55,154 nucleotides of DNA from Candidatus Kaiserbacteria bacterium (GTDB taxonomy: Bacteria; Patescibacteriota; Minisyncoccia; Phycocordibacterales; UBA918), in assembly GCA_043719825.1 (NCBI GenBank), contig JAYSTK010000171.1, positions 1-55,154 of the forward strand, in the 5' to 3' direction. How positions within the stretch are numbered: the stretch's first letter is position 1; each line of letters opens with the position of its first letter. The position numbers and the translations under genes were made by a program. The notes beneath the pieces were generated by a model that did not search any database, was not told the DNA's origin, and saw only the letters and a program-made list of their open reading frames with translations. This document shows positions 1 through 10,215 of this stretch, in pieces.

Positions 1-1205
1 ACAGAAACTCCAGCTTTTGCGTAGACGGTAAAATGAAGATGCGGACCTGTTGAATATCCTGTATTACCTGTGTACCCAATTATGTCACCTGTTTGTACAG
101 CTTGACCTGGAGTTACACTTACAACGCTTTGATGTGCGTAGAGCGTAGATAGACCGTTCGCGTGATCTACAAGTGTCCATTTACCCCATGAATAGCATCC
201 AGGAACAACGTCGGTATCACCAGTTGCTCGTACAGTTCCTCCAAGCGGAGCAAAAATCGAAGTCCCACGTGGAGCACCAAAATCGATGCCAGGATGGTAC
301 GCTCTTCCTCCATACACGCTTGCATTTTGTTTTGCAAACTCTGTACCACCAAATAATTGTGTAATTATGACACTTTCAAGCGGCCAGTTGAAAACTGGTG
401 TGCCCTTCGGAGGTATGGTATTTGGATCAAGAATGAATTGAAGTTTAGATTCAAAATCCCGAAGTTCTTTGAGTATTAATTCGCGAGCAGTCACTCTTTC
501 ACGTAATTGTCTTTGATACTCAGTCTCTTGGTTTTTAGTAGTTTTCAATAATTTGTCCTTTTCACTTTTGTTACTTGTAAGTACAGTATTTTGATCTGAG
601 TATTGCTTTCTTAGATCCACAAGTTCACTTCTCCGATCTAATGTTTCGCCATGCTTTTCTTCAAGTAATTTTTTTTGTGATACAAGACTACTCACGTGGT
701 CGTTCATTACTGCGCGAATTTCTTCAAGTTCATCAATTTGCTTCCAAAATTCTGAAAGATTGGGATGTCGCAAAAGTGCCTCAATAAGAGAATCGTTATC
801 AATCACATTAAGTACTCGAAGAGTTTCTCCAATGGCGCTTTCGTTTTCATCAATGCTTGTTTCTGCCCCCTCTATTTCAATTGAAAGTTTATCAATCACT
901 AAATCTGTCGCACCTATTTTATTTTGAGTATAAGCAATATCAGCATTTACTTTTTTGCGTTCAAGTTCGAGTTGATTAATTGCTTTTTGAAGGGTATTTT
1001 TTTCTGCTCCTACTTTTTGAAGATCCTGTTTATAGGCAGCTATTTCCTTCTCAATATCAATTAGTCGAGAGCTACGTTCAGTAATTTCATTTTTCAATTT
1101 TTCAATTTCAGTCTGCTGCGCAGTCACAAATGCAGGCCCATTTATAAAAATAAGTGTAATAATAAAAATGAATACAGCAGTTGCTGGTTTAAAAAATTTT
1201 TTCAT
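1..1205 (-). CDS. M23 family metallopeptidase with N-terminal membrane anchor and long coiled coil (EnvC-like); C-terminus runs off the left edge
   Basis: Absent from the ORF track because it is open at the window edge. Minus-strand translation from the ATG at 1203-1205 gives MKKFFKPATAVFIFIITLIF. The middle is heptad-rich (EIEKLKNEITERSSRLIDIEKEIAAYKQDL...). M23 signatures follow: YHPGIDFGAPRGTSIFAP, DHANGLSTLYAHQ, GNTGYSTGPHLHF. Confidence 0.85.
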   Translation of the reverse strand, partial: MKKFFKPATAVFIFIITLIFINGPAFVTAQQTEIEKLKNEITERSSRLIDIEKEIAAYKQDLQKVGAEKNTLQKAINQLELERKKVNADIAYTQNKIGATDLVIDKLSIEIEGAETSIDENESAIGETLRVLNVIDNDSLIEALLRHPNLSEFWKQIDELEEIRAVMNDHVSSLVSQKKLLEEKHGETLDRRSELVDLRKQYSDQNTVLTSNKSEKDKLLKTTKNQETEYQRQLRERVTARELILKELRDFESKLQFILDPNTIPPKGTPVFNWPLESVIITQLFGGTEFAKQNASVYGGRAYHPGIDFGAPRGTSIFAPLGGTVRATGDTDVVPGCYSWGKWTLVDHANGLSTLYAHQSVVSVTPGQAVQTGDIIGYTGNTGYSTGPHLHFTVYAKAGVS

Positions 1206-1218
1206 GGAATACACGGGT

Positions 1219-2586
1219 TTAACTCCGTGTATTTAAAATTGTATCACATGCGGTCCGCACCCTCCGATAGGCTTCAGCTGAGCCAATAATGCTCACTACA
1301 GTAAATGGATCAGGAGATCGCTCCTTTCCTGTAAGGGCGACACGAAGTGGCCACAATACCTCCCCTTTCCCTACTTCTACTGCATAATCCCATAAGTAGA
1401 ATTTGACCGTATCACTATCTACGTTTTCGGGAATTGTAGAGAGAATTTCAGCAAGTTTCTGCAGCCGTGGAAGAGTAACTTTAGGTTCAGCATCGTTTTT
1501 CCATTTGATGAGCTCTGGATCATGCGTAGGTTGCGCAAATGCAAAATCGTACTCACCTGCTTCTCCAAAATCAGTTATTTCATAACCTACGGATATACGC
1601 TCGTAAATTATAGGAATAAGTTTTATTAATCGTTCATCACTGAATTGCTCTAATGCACGTACTCGTTCTGGAATTCTTTCTGTTACCATTTCAATATATT
1701 TCTCAGTGTCGAGTTGCTTTAAATGTTCTTTGTTAAACCACTTTAATTTTTCAACATCGAAAATTGCTCCGCCTTTCTGTACTCCCCCAAGATCAAAAAT
1801 CTTCTCCAATTCAGGTAAAGTAAATAGTTCTTTGTCGGTTCCAGGATTCCAACCCAAAAATGCTAAATAATTAATGAGCGCTTCTTTAAGATATCCTTCT
1901 GCTCTATAACTTGCGAGTTGTGTTGGGCCATGTCGCTTGGAGAGTTTTGAACGATCAGCACCCAAAAGTAGTGGAAGATGCGCGTATATAGGACGCTCGG
2001 CACCAATTGCTTCCTGAATCAGGATTTGGCGAGGCGTATTTGAAATATGATCTTCACCTCTAATAACATGAGTTACTCCCATTTCGTGATCGTCTACGAC
2101 AACCGTAAAATGATACAGTGCATCATCAAGTGAACGTGCAATAACAAAGTCACCCAATTCAGTAGTATCAAAAGTGATTTCTCCTCGAATTTCGTCATCA
2201 AAGGTTATTTGGATGTTGGGATTTCTGAGTCGAACAACTTGCACATTTTTCCCTTCCTCCTTTTTGCTTGCCTCTTGGCTTACATACGCGCTCCCCTTTT
2301 CGATAGCTCGCTCAAGGTATTTTCTATACAAATCCGTACGTTCAGATTGACGGTAAAAATCATCCCAGGTAATTCCAAGCCATGTGAGTCCTTCAATTAT
2401 TTCATCTTCATAAATTTTCTCGCTGCGCTCTTTGTCGGTATCTTCAATACGCATAATAAAAGTACCTCCGTATCTTTTTGCATAGAGGAAGTTGTACAAC
2501 GCAGTGCGTGCAGTGCCTACATGAAGATGCCCTGTAGGACTGGGGGCCATGCGCGTTACAATTTTTTTTAAGGGAAAATGCGACAT
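1219..2586 (-). CDS. gltX: glutamyl-tRNA synthetase
   Basis: Class I motifs: PSPTGHLHVGTARTALYNF (HIGH-type) and KLSKR (KMSKS-type). 455 aa. Confidence 0.95.
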   Translation of the reverse strand: MSHFPLKKIVTRMAPSPTGHLHVGTARTALYNFLYAKRYGGTFIMRIEDTDKERSEKIYEDEIIEGLTWLGITWDDFYRQSERTDLYRKYLERAIEKGSAYVSQEASKKEEGKNVQVVRLRNPNIQITFDDEIRGEITFDTTELGDFVIARSLDDALYHFTVVVDDHEMGVTHVIRGEDHISNTPRQILIQEAIGAERPIYAHLPLLLGADRSKLSKRHGPTQLASYRAEGYLKEALINYLAFLGWNPGTDKELFTLPELEKIFDLGGVQKGGAIFDVEKLKWFNKEHLKQLDTEKYIEMVTERIPERVRALEQFSDERLIKLIPIIYERISVGYEITDFGEAGEYDFAFAQPTHDPELIKWKNDAEPKVTLPRLQKLAEILSTIPENVDSDTVKFYLWDYAVEVGKGEVLWPLRVALTGKERSPDPFTVVSIIGSAEAYRRVRTACDTILNTRS

Positions 2587-2591
2587 TACAA

Positions 2592-3716
2592 TCAGTGAGT
2601 ATTTGAAACTTCTAAAACTACTTGGGCAACTTTTTCGGCTGCATTTTTATTGGCAAAATGAGAAGAAGCTTCTTTCATAGCACTATATTTTGCTTCATTT
2701 TTCATAATACGGTCAATTTCAGCGGTAAGCAAGCTATCCTGTAAATTCGATTCTTCAAGCACGATTGCAGCTCCTGTTCTAGCGTATGCATATGCATTTG
2801 TTCTTTGGTCGTGACTCACTGACTCAGGTATGGGAATAATAATTGAAGGTTTTTCATGGATAGCGATTTCATAGATCGTGCCGGTTCCCGCTCGAGAAAT
2901 AACAAGCGATGCAACGTGATAGACATCATTAAGTAAGAGCACATCTGAAAAAAATGGAACAGGCCGATATCGTTCAAGAAGCTCATTGCTTCGAACCAAT
3001 TCTCGCGCAGAAAGCACCGTGACGTCAAAATTATTTTTTCCTGTTTGATGAATTATATTATATTGAGGCAAAAGTTCATCGAGTGAATCAATAATAAGCT
3101 GGTTTATTCGTTCAGCGCCTAGTGAGCCACCGAGCACAAGCACTATGGGTAAATCATTATTAATTCCCAGTGATTCACGAGTGCTTGGTCGTGGGGGCTG
3201 TAGGAGTTCGTCTCGCACAGGGATTCCTGTCATAGTGACTTGCTTCCCCTCTAAAAATGGAAGAATTTCTTCAAACGAAACAGCGATGTGACGAGCAAAA
3301 CGAGCGGCAAGTTTATTTGCAGCTCCTAATCTCGTATCAGATTCGTGCACTACAATTGGAATATTTAAAAATGCCGCTCCGAGCACTACGGGAACACTCG
3401 TGAATCCCCCTTTACTTACGACAACATCAGGATAGAGACAATACAGTGTATATATTGCCACAATGATCCCCCACAAAGTTTTAAATGTATCGAGAAGATT
3501 TAAAATAGAAGAATATTTTCGACGTTTCCCTGCAGGGCAGTACACAAATGTCGCTCCAACAGAATTGAGAGCATCCTCGTCGTATTTTTCTGGACCCATA
3601 TAGTACAACCCAGGCGCATTTGCCTGGGTATATAATTTTTGAGCGATGCTCATGAGAGGATAAAAATGTCCCCCTGACCCACCCCCTACGAGTACTATTC
3701 GCTTTACTGTGTCCAT
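2592..3716 (-). CDS. murG: UDP-GlcNAc:lipid I GlcNAc transferase MurG
   Basis: N-terminal G-loop VGGGSGGHFYP. GT28-like length. Lies directly downstream of ftsW, as in dcw clusters. Confidence 0.9.
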   Translation of the reverse strand: MDTVKRIVLVGGGSGGHFYPLMSIAQKLYTQANAPGLYYMGPEKYDEDALNSVGATFVYCPAGKRRKYSSILNLLDTFKTLWGIIVAIYTLYCLYPDVVVSKGGFTSVPVVLGAAFLNIPIVVHESDTRLGAANKLAARFARHIAVSFEEILPFLEGKQVTMTGIPVRDELLQPPRPSTRESLGINNDLPIVLVLGGSLGAERINQLIIDSLDELLPQYNIIHQTGKNNFDVTVLSARELVRSNELLERYRPVPFFSDVLLLNDVYHVASLVISRAGTGTIYEIAIHEKPSIIIPIPESVSHDQRTNAYAYARTGAAIVLEESNLQDSLLTAEIDRIMKNEAKYSAMKEASSHFANKNAAEKVAQVVLEVSNTH

Positions 3717-3735
3717 TCTAATATTTTATCATGAG

Positions 3736-4839
3736 TTACTTTGGAATTGGTTTTTGATATTTAGAAACATTGAGCATAATTCCGACTGACGCAAGTGTGA
3801 CAAGCAGTGCTGTTCCTCCGTGACTTATAAAAGGAAGCGGAAGTCCTGAAAGAGGTGCGAGTCCAATCATTGCACCCATATTTAAAAAAGTTTGAGAAAT
3901 AATGAGTGTAGCAAGTCCCATCACGAGTAGCATACCAAAAAGATCGGGAGCTCTTGTCGCTATTCTAAAAGAACGAAATGTAAAAAAAGTAAAAATGATT
4001 ACAAGAAGTGTTGATCCAAAAAAGCCAAATTCTTCACTATATACAGCAAATATAGAGTCACCAATTGGTTCGGGTAAATATTCAAACTTTTGTATGCTTT
4101 GCCCATACCCTCTTCCAAATACACTCCCTGACCCAACCGCAATGAGTGACTGTTTAATCTGATAGCCGGCACCTTGCGGATCTCGTGAGGGGTCAATGAA
4201 CGTCATGATTCGGTCTTTAACGTAGGGTCTCGTCAACGCGAGAATAGTGATAAGAACTACACCTGCAATTACCATTAATGCTACATCGCGCAATTTTCCT
4301 CCGGCAGTAATAAATACTGCAATTGATGCTGCGGCAATAATAAGAAATGTATCAGTGTCGGGTTGAAAGAGTAACAGCGCCCCTACTCCACTTAAAAAAC
4401 CAATAAACGGTAGGGTACCATGAACAAAACTTTGCACGGCACTCTTCATACCTGAGAGCCATGTGGCCATATAAATAATGAACGCAACCTTTAAAAATTC
4501 GGATGGCTGAAATGAAAAAGATCCAAACTGAACCCATCTCCGTGCGCCCCCGTGCTCTAAACTAAAAGCGGGTATAAATACGAGTAAGGTCAAAAGTATT
4601 GCTGCGATAAATATATAGAACGCATATTGACGCCATACGCGATAATGAATCGTACTTGTAATAAAAAGCGCCACGCTTCCCCCAAGAACTCCAAAAATTA
4701 ATTGATTCATAGCCACTCCAGAGAAGCGAGCTCCATCACGAGCTAAGAGACCGATTGACGCGGAGGAAAAAATAAAAAAACCAATAATAACCAGTATGCT
4801 CGCGAGTATGAGGAGCGTACGATCAAAGGAAGTATTCAT
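3736..4839 (-). CDS. ftsW: SEDS family peptidoglycan polymerase (FtsW/RodA)
   Basis: Polytopic membrane protein with C-terminal signature GLPLPFISHGGTALL. I moved the start to MNTSFDR (ATG 4837-4839) to remove a 29-nt overlap with mraY. Confidence 0.85.
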   Translation of the reverse strand: MNTSFDRTLLILASILVIIGFFIFSSASIGLLARDGARFSGVAMNQLIFGVLGGSVALFITSTIHYRVWRQYAFYIFIAAILLTLLVFIPAFSLEHGGARRWVQFGSFSFQPSEFLKVAFIIYMATWLSGMKSAVQSFVHGTLPFIGFLSGVGALLLFQPDTDTFLIIAAASIAVFITAGGKLRDVALMVIAGVVLITILALTRPYVKDRIMTFIDPSRDPQGAGYQIKQSLIAVGSGSVFGRGYGQSIQKFEYLPEPIGDSIFAVYSEEFGFFGSTLLVIIFTFFTFRSFRIATRAPDLFGMLLVMGLATLIISQTFLNMGAMIGLAPLSGLPLPFISHGGTALLVTLASVGIMLNVSKYQKPIPK

Positions 4840-4840
4840 A

Positions 4841-5914
4841 CTAAAAAGCAATTGCAAGGAGTACGCCAATGACCGCTGTCACGAATCCTAGTATCCAATA
4901 ACGCATGGTTACTTTGTGTGAAGGCCATCCAAGTGCTTCAAAATGATGATGAATTGGCGCTATAAGAAAAACTTTTTTCTTACGAATACGTTTTGAAAGT
5001 ACTTGCACAATATCCGAAAAAACAGTTGCTACGAGAAGAAAACCAATAATAGGAAGGACTGAAACTCCTTCCCCACCACCAAGTGTATCAGTCATAAATG
5101 CGACGATGGTGAGAGCCATAGTGAGGGCCATAATACCCGTCTCCGTCATATAAAAACGTGCGGGTGGAACATTAAACCAAAGAAATGCCAAGATTCCGCC
5201 AACGATTGTTGTGCAGAATGCGGCGAGATCAATTTGATTTTGGTATAAGGCTATTCCTGCATATGCAGAAAAAATAAACATAAAAGTTCCACCGGAGAGT
5301 CCATCAATGCCATCTATAACACTACTTGCATAGATAGAAAGTGCGACAAGAACAAAAAACGGAATAAAGAAAATTCCAAGATCAATAGGCCCGTATCCAA
5401 TAAGCGTTACTTCATGCACGGATAGTTTTTCATAAAACCACCAGCCACTAAATAATGCTGTTGCGCCAACGACGAGGAGTCTCTCTGAAAGCGGAAGTCC
5501 ACCAGCAAAATGGGTACCCGTCCCACGCACGACTAAATAATCATCAATAAAACCAACAAAAGCACCAATAGCGAGCGCAGCAAGTGGTAGCCATGTCTGA
5601 GAGCGACTCAAGAAATTTAAATCTCCGAAGAAAGTATTGGGTGAAAATATTTGTAACATCCATATACAGAAGACCGTAATAAAAACACTTGCCCAAATCA
5701 CTATTCCACCCATTCGAGGAGTGTTAGTATCTTTTTCCTTATGGAGAGTGTCAAAATACGGTGTTTCTCCTCCCCCGTACCCCAAACCCTTACCCGATTT
5801 TTTCTTCCATACTTTGTATGCATACAGATAATGAGTGACGAGGGGCGTAATAAGCATTCCCACGAAGAAAGCTATGGCTGTTGGTATGAGTACTTTAAGA
5901 ATGACAGTTTCCAT
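4841..5914 (-). CDS. mraY: phospho-N-acetylmuramoyl-pentapeptide transferase MraY
   Basis: MraY signatures GFIDDYLVV, IDGIDGLSGG and APIHHHFE. 10-TM-like hydrophobicity. Confidence 0.93.
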   Translation of the reverse strand: METVILKVLIPTAIAFFVGMLITPLVTHYLYAYKVWKKKSGKGLGYGGGETPYFDTLHKEKDTNTPRMGGIVIWASVFITVFCIWMLQIFSPNTFFGDLNFLSRSQTWLPLAALAIGAFVGFIDDYLVVRGTGTHFAGGLPLSERLLVVGATALFSGWWFYEKLSVHEVTLIGYGPIDLGIFFIPFFVLVALSIYASSVIDGIDGLSGGTFMFIFSAYAGIALYQNQIDLAAFCTTIVGGILAFLWFNVPPARFYMTETGIMALTMALTIVAFMTDTLGGGEGVSVLPIIGFLLVATVFSDIVQVLSKRIRKKKVFLIAPIHHHFEALGWPSHKVTMRYWILGFVTAVIGVLLAIAF

Positions 5915-5924
5915 ACACTAACGA

Positions 5925-6977
5925 TTATTCAGGTTGCGTTGCTATAAATTTACGCGCCGTATTGGAGAGAAGAAGGACATCTTTGAATCGTTCATCAAAA
6001 GTAGATCCGAGTACCGAAACGATGATTGGACGATTAAGACCAACGTTAAAAGCCACGACAAGATTACCTCCTGCAAGTTCTGTATAGCCAGTTTTCGAGG
6101 CAAGAAGACCATCAATTTTGGTCACAATCTCGTTTGTATTTTCCACTTCATGATATGCGCCCGATTCATTGTACACATACGTGTTGTCCACTTTTGTGAG
6201 TGCCGTAACTTCAGGGTAATTTGAAATAATATATTCCATTAGAAACGCAACATCTCGTGCAGTGCTATATGCTCCGGCTTTATTTTGAGAAATATCCAAA
6301 CCTGTTGCATTATGAAAACGTGTATTCGTGAGCCCGAGTTCTTCCGCTCGTACATTCATTGCGTGTACAAATAGTTCCTTTGGCGGTGCATCAGCTTTGA
6401 CCGATTCTGCTGCGGCAATACCGAGTGCTTCAGCCCCATCATTAGATGATGCTACAAGAACTATGTCGGTTAAATCTTTAAGACTAAATGTCTCACCATT
6501 CAGCAAGCCACTATCTCCATCAGTACGGATCGCATCAATTGAAATGTTTACTTTTGAGGTATCATCAAGAAGCTCGTATGCAACGAGTGCTGTCATAAGT
6601 TTGGTGACTGACGCTAGTGGGAGCACTTCGTCAGCATTCTTATTAAATAGCACTTTTCCTCCTCGGACATCCCAGACAAAAGCCGACTTCCCTGCTATTT
6701 CTATATCGGTAAAGGGATTATCTCCGTGTATATTTTCATCACTTTCCGCAAGTCGTGCACTCACGACAAAATCATCGGGTAGTTCCTTTTGATCCATCAT
6801 GGCAATAATTGTGCCAATGTATGTTGTGCTAAAAACAACGATAAGGAGTCCAAGGGCCACTCCAAGTTGTCTTAATACGGGAATGTGTGCAGATTCATGA
6901 AATGAACTTTCAGAGTCTGAATTGAGCAATTCTTCATTCGCAGAAAATTCAGCATCTAGGTCAGTATCGTTTTTCAT
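5925..6977 (-). CDS. serine-type D-Ala-D-Ala carboxypeptidase (S11, PBP5-like), membrane anchored
   Basis: SxxK = SVTKLMT, SxN = SSND, KTG = KTGYT. Has an N-terminal TM segment. Its start overlaps the scpB stop (ATGA). Confidence 0.85.
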   Translation of the reverse strand: MKNDTDLDAEFSANEELLNSDSESSFHESAHIPVLRQLGVALGLLIVVFSTTYIGTIIAMMDQKELPDDFVVSARLAESDENIHGDNPFTDIEIAGKSAFVWDVRGGKVLFNKNADEVLPLASVTKLMTALVAYELLDDTSKVNISIDAIRTDGDSGLLNGETFSLKDLTDIVLVASSNDGAEALGIAAAESVKADAPPKELFVHAMNVRAEELGLTNTRFHNATGLDISQNKAGAYSTARDVAFLMEYIISNYPEVTALTKVDNTYVYNESGAYHEVENTNEIVTKIDGLLASKTGYTELAGGNLVVAFNVGLNRPIIVSVLGSTFDERFKDVLLLSNTARKFIATQPE

Positions 6978-7531
6978 AGTGTGGAAGTCGTAAGAGACAA
7001 AGGTTGATCTTCTTCCATAAAGGCATCAATTGAATTCATAATACTGCCAAATTCAGGAAGTTCTTCACGCGAACTTACACCGAGTTGCGCGAGTAACGCT
7101 GGTGTGACAGCATAAAAAAATGAACGTGAGTCAGTTGGATGGTCTCTCCGTTCTATAAGTCCACGGACTAGAAGATTACGTATGATAAACGTTGAATTTA
7201 CCCCTCGAATTCGATCTACCTCTGCTCGAGAAAGTGGACCTCGATAGAGAATAATAGCAAGTGTTTCTGCCCCGGCTTTTCCAATATCAGCACTAAGTTC
7301 TTCTTTTTTTATGGCATCAATTAACTCACTCAATTCTGGAGCGGTAACCAATTGAACCTTTGTATCCGTGATTATTAGTCTTGTACCACTACTTAAAAGT
7401 CTCGCTTGAAGCGTTTGAAGTGCACCATCGAAATCTTCAATAGATACTTTTAAAAATGATGAAAGCTCACTTTTTTCACACGGCTCAGTCTTGTAAAACA
7501 ATACTGCCTCTATTTGAGAGTCAAGGCTCAT
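6974..7531 (-). CDS. scpB: segregation and condensation protein B
   Basis: ScpB-type winged-helix repeats (EAVLFYKTEPC, LAIILYRGPLSRAEVDRIRGVNS, IRNLLVRGLI). scpA lies upstream. Confidence 0.88.
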   Translation of the reverse strand: MSLDSQIEAVLFYKTEPCEKSELSSFLKVSIEDFDGALQTLQARLLSSGTRLIITDTKVQLVTAPELSELIDAIKKEELSADIGKAGAETLAIILYRGPLSRAEVDRIRGVNSTFIIRNLLVRGLIERRDHPTDSRSFFYAVTPALLAQLGVSSREELPEFGSIMNSIDAFMEEDQPLSLTTSTL

Positions 7532-7625
7532 ATCGGCATTATAGCACTATATTGAGCCATTATTCATGTGTTGATTTGGGACAAGAATAATTTGACACAA
7601 CAATAAATTATGCTATAGTTTATAA

Positions 7626-7808
7626 GCCAAGACACGTCCCACGGTGTGGCAACTGTACAGTGGCAATCGGAGCACGTTCCGCGGTGCAAAGATTGAAGTT
7701 CGACAGCGGCTTAGAGAGTGGGCTCAGACGGTCAGTTGGATTGTGTTGATCCAGCAAAAGTTTTGACCAAAGGAACACCGCCCAGGACTTGGTTTCTGGG
7801 CGTTTTTT
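7626..7808 (+). ncRNA. orphan structured small RNA candidate (family not recognised)
   Basis: Promoter: TTGACA (7592-7597), 16-nt spacer, TATAGT (7614-7619). Terminator: hairpin CGCCCAGGA/TCTGGGCG (7779-7802) followed by TTTTTT. The segment is visibly GC-richer than its flanks and lies antisense-oriented between scpB and scpA. No ORF of 60 aa or more. Several nested stems, e.g. GGTCAG...TTGACC enclosing TGGAT...ATCCA. Confidence 0.45.
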
Positions 7809-8565
7809 ATTGATACTTGGGTACCGATGATCCCTTTCGTTCTATTTCAATATCCGTAAAGCGTGACGATTGTGTTACCAATATCATTCCCTGCTTGACC
7901 ATCTCAAGAACTGCAAGGAAACTCACGATAACGGTAGAACGCTCTGCTGCACTTCCTGCAAAGTCTTTAAATTTGAACGCGAATTGCTCTTCAATTCGCG
8001 TTTGAAGACTCAGCATCATATCTTCAAGCGACACAATTTTTCGTACCTGCACTTTTGGTTTCTCTACTTTCTTGGGGAGATTTTGAATGACTGCTGATAT
8101 TGCCAGTTGTAGAGGCTCGAGTGCAGTAAATCTATCAGGTAGAAAAATTGGTGTTCGATCAGGAATATAAGGACGCTCAAACAAAATATTTTTTCCGAAT
8201 ATTGATTCAACAATTCTTCCAGCATTTCGAAATATTTGATAAAACTTGAGTCGCGTTTCAAGTTCCTCCACACTCCCCTCTTCTTCATCAGTTAGTTCAA
8301 GAATTGGTAAAAGAGATTTAGATTTGAGGAGAAGCAGCGTAGCGGCGAGTACTATGAAGTCAGCAAAGTCTCGAAGCGAGCGTTCATCAAGTGTGCTCAC
8401 ATACTTCATATAATCATCAGTCACCGAAGCGAGAGAGATATCATTAATGAGAAGTTTACGCTTTTCAATGAGATCAATTAAAAGATCCAATGGTCCTGCA
8501 TAGACCTCGGTATTAATATGAAATTGACTGCCTATTACATTTCCTTGAAGATTGTCTTCATTCAC
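7807..8565 (-). CDS. scpA: segregation and condensation protein A
   Basis: ScpA-type N-terminus (YAGPLDLLIDLIEKRKLLINDISLASVTDDY). 252 aa. Paired with scpB. Confidence 0.88.
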   Translation of the reverse strand: MNEDNLQGNVIGSQFHINTEVYAGPLDLLIDLIEKRKLLINDISLASVTDDYMKYVSTLDERSLRDFADFIVLAATLLLLKSKSLLPILELTDEEEGSVEELETRLKFYQIFRNAGRIVESIFGKNILFERPYIPDRTPIFLPDRFTALEPLQLAISAVIQNLPKKVEKPKVQVRKIVSLEDMMLSLQTRIEEQFAFKFKDFAGSAAERSTVIVSFLAVLEMVKQGMILVTQSSRFTDIEIERKGSSVPKYQ

Positions 8566-8812
8566 ACATGCATTTTAACACTTAAAAAGCATTAATTTTT
8601 AACTATCCCCTATACAACTAAGTCCACTCTAAGTACTTAGATATGCGAAAGACGAAGAATTTGGAATGAGGCGTACTTATTGTACGGCGAATTTCAAATT
8701 ACTGAAGTCCTGACAACCGAGTGAATGAGTGGAATGAAAAGACTTTTTTACACTCCCGAGTGAACGTTGGTTGTATCATTTGATACAAAATAGATGAGTA
8801 CTCAGTGTGAGC

Positions 8813-10210
8813 TTAGAGCTTTTCGGCTATTTTAACAAGCAGTCTAACGGGTTCACCTGCAGCTCCCTTTGCGAGCTTATCTGAATTTACTGAGGTCATT
8901 CTTGCTGCCATATCTATGTGAGCCCACTTGAGGCCTTTCGTAAAGTGCGAGAGGAACATTCCTCCATTAATACTTCCTCCTGAACGTGAATCACCGGAGG
9001 GAATATTCGAAATATCGGCATTTACTCCTTTCGTATATTGCTTATATTCATCCCAAAGAGGAAGGGGAAATGTGTAATCTCCACTTTCTTCTCCTAGGTC
9101 ACGGAGCGTGTCTTCGAGTTCACGATCCTTTGTCATGATTATATGTGCATGTTGCCCGACAGCAACGAGAGCAGCCCCGGTGAGTGTTGCTACATCTATG
9201 ACGAGTCGTGGTTTGTATTGCTTTGCAAAGTGGAGCGCGTCTGCGAGTACAAGTCGTCCTTCAGCGTCGGTATGGAGAATATCTACAGTGGTTCCAGACA
9301 TCATGGTGAGTACATCTCCGGGACGCATTGAACGGTCAGAGATTGCATTTTCAGCAGCCGGAATAAGTCCAATAACATGTTGGGGAAGCCTCAACTTTGC
9401 GATTGCGCCAATGGCTCCGATAACGGCTGCTCCCCCCGACATATCCATGTGCATTTCATACATCGACATCCCGGGCTTAACTTGGAGTCCCCCGGTATCA
9501 AACGTAATTCCCTTCCCCACAAACACTAAAGGTCCTTTTTTATCCTTTGTATTTTTTGCACCCTTATATTCAATAATAATGAAACGAGGTGAGTGGTGTG
9601 CTCCCTGTCCAACGCCCAAAAGACCTCCCATTTTAAGCTTTTTTATTGCAACTTCATTGAGAATTTTCACTGTCGCCTTTGTACCTTTAAGAACCTGTTT
9701 AGCCGTTTCCCCGAGGAGCGCTGGTGTCATATCGCCACCAGGAGTGTTTGCTATGTCCCGACATTGATTTGCAAAATGCGCGATCGTTTCTCCATAGAGA
9801 AGACACTTTGGAACATTTTTATCAGTTGCTTCAGTTAAAATAATTTCTAGTAGAGTAGCTTTAGGAGGAGTGCTTTTATATCGTGTAAATTCATAGTGTG
9901 CGAGATGAACATTCTCAGCGAAGGTTTGCCACATCCACATTTCCCCAAATTTCTGAAGTTTAGGAAAGCTATCAAAAGTAAATGAGAGTGCAACTTTTGA
10001 AATTTTGTGTCGCTTTGCGGATTGCACAATTTCACGCACGAGAATACGAAACATTCTTGGAGTAATATTTTTTTGCTTTCCCGAAACTATATGGAGCTCA
10101 GACTTATCAATATGTTCTACAAAACGCTCGTTGCCCTTTTCAATGAGTACAATACGCACATATTCCTTTGGAAGAAGTGTGATTGGTTTTGGAGTGAATT
10201 TAATCAGCAT
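8813..10210 (-). CDS. pepA: leucyl aminopeptidase (M17)
   Basis: M17 signatures VGKGITFDTGG and HTDAEGRLVLADAL. Lies 5 nt downstream of the amidohydrolase gene. Confidence 0.9.
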   Translation of the reverse strand: MLIKFTPKPITLLPKEYVRIVLIEKGNERFVEHIDKSELHIVSGKQKNITPRMFRILVREIVQSAKRHKISKVALSFTFDSFPKLQKFGEMWMWQTFAENVHLAHYEFTRYKSTPPKATLLEIILTEATDKNVPKCLLYGETIAHFANQCRDIANTPGGDMTPALLGETAKQVLKGTKATVKILNEVAIKKLKMGGLLGVGQGAHHSPRFIIIEYKGAKNTKDKKGPLVFVGKGITFDTGGLQVKPGMSMYEMHMDMSGGAAVIGAIGAIAKLRLPQHVIGLIPAAENAISDRSMRPGDVLTMMSGTTVDILHTDAEGRLVLADALHFAKQYKPRLVIDVATLTGAALVAVGQHAHIIMTKDRELEDTLRDLGEESGDYTFPLPLWDEYKQYTKGVNADISNIPSGDSRSGGSINGGMFLSHFTKGLKWAHIDMAARMTSVNSDKLAKGAAGEPVRLLVKIAEKL

Positions 10211-10215
10211 TTTTT

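Noticed and set aside
167-364. Track ORFs 167..352(-) and 173..364(+)
   Set aside because: Both lie inside the edge-truncated M23 peptidase gene, in other frames.
6328-6792. 154-aa plus-strand ORF inside the D-Ala-D-Ala carboxypeptidase gene
   Set aside because: Shadow ORF antisense to a gene with SxxK/SxN/KTG motifs.
8570-8812. The pepA-scpA spacer, with palindromes (CTAAGTACTTAG, TTGTATCA..TGATACAA) and a repeated CCGAGTGAA
   Set aside because: The hairpins are short or lack U-runs, and I found no convincing promoter-plus-terminator pair for an independent RNA. It probably holds only the pepA 3' end and scpA promoter signals.
9108-9767. 219-aa plus-strand ORF inside pepA
   Set aside because: It is antisense to a gene with clear M17 motifs. 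Its product is Ser/Pro/Cys-rich and low-complexity with no motif. This is a typical shadow ORF.
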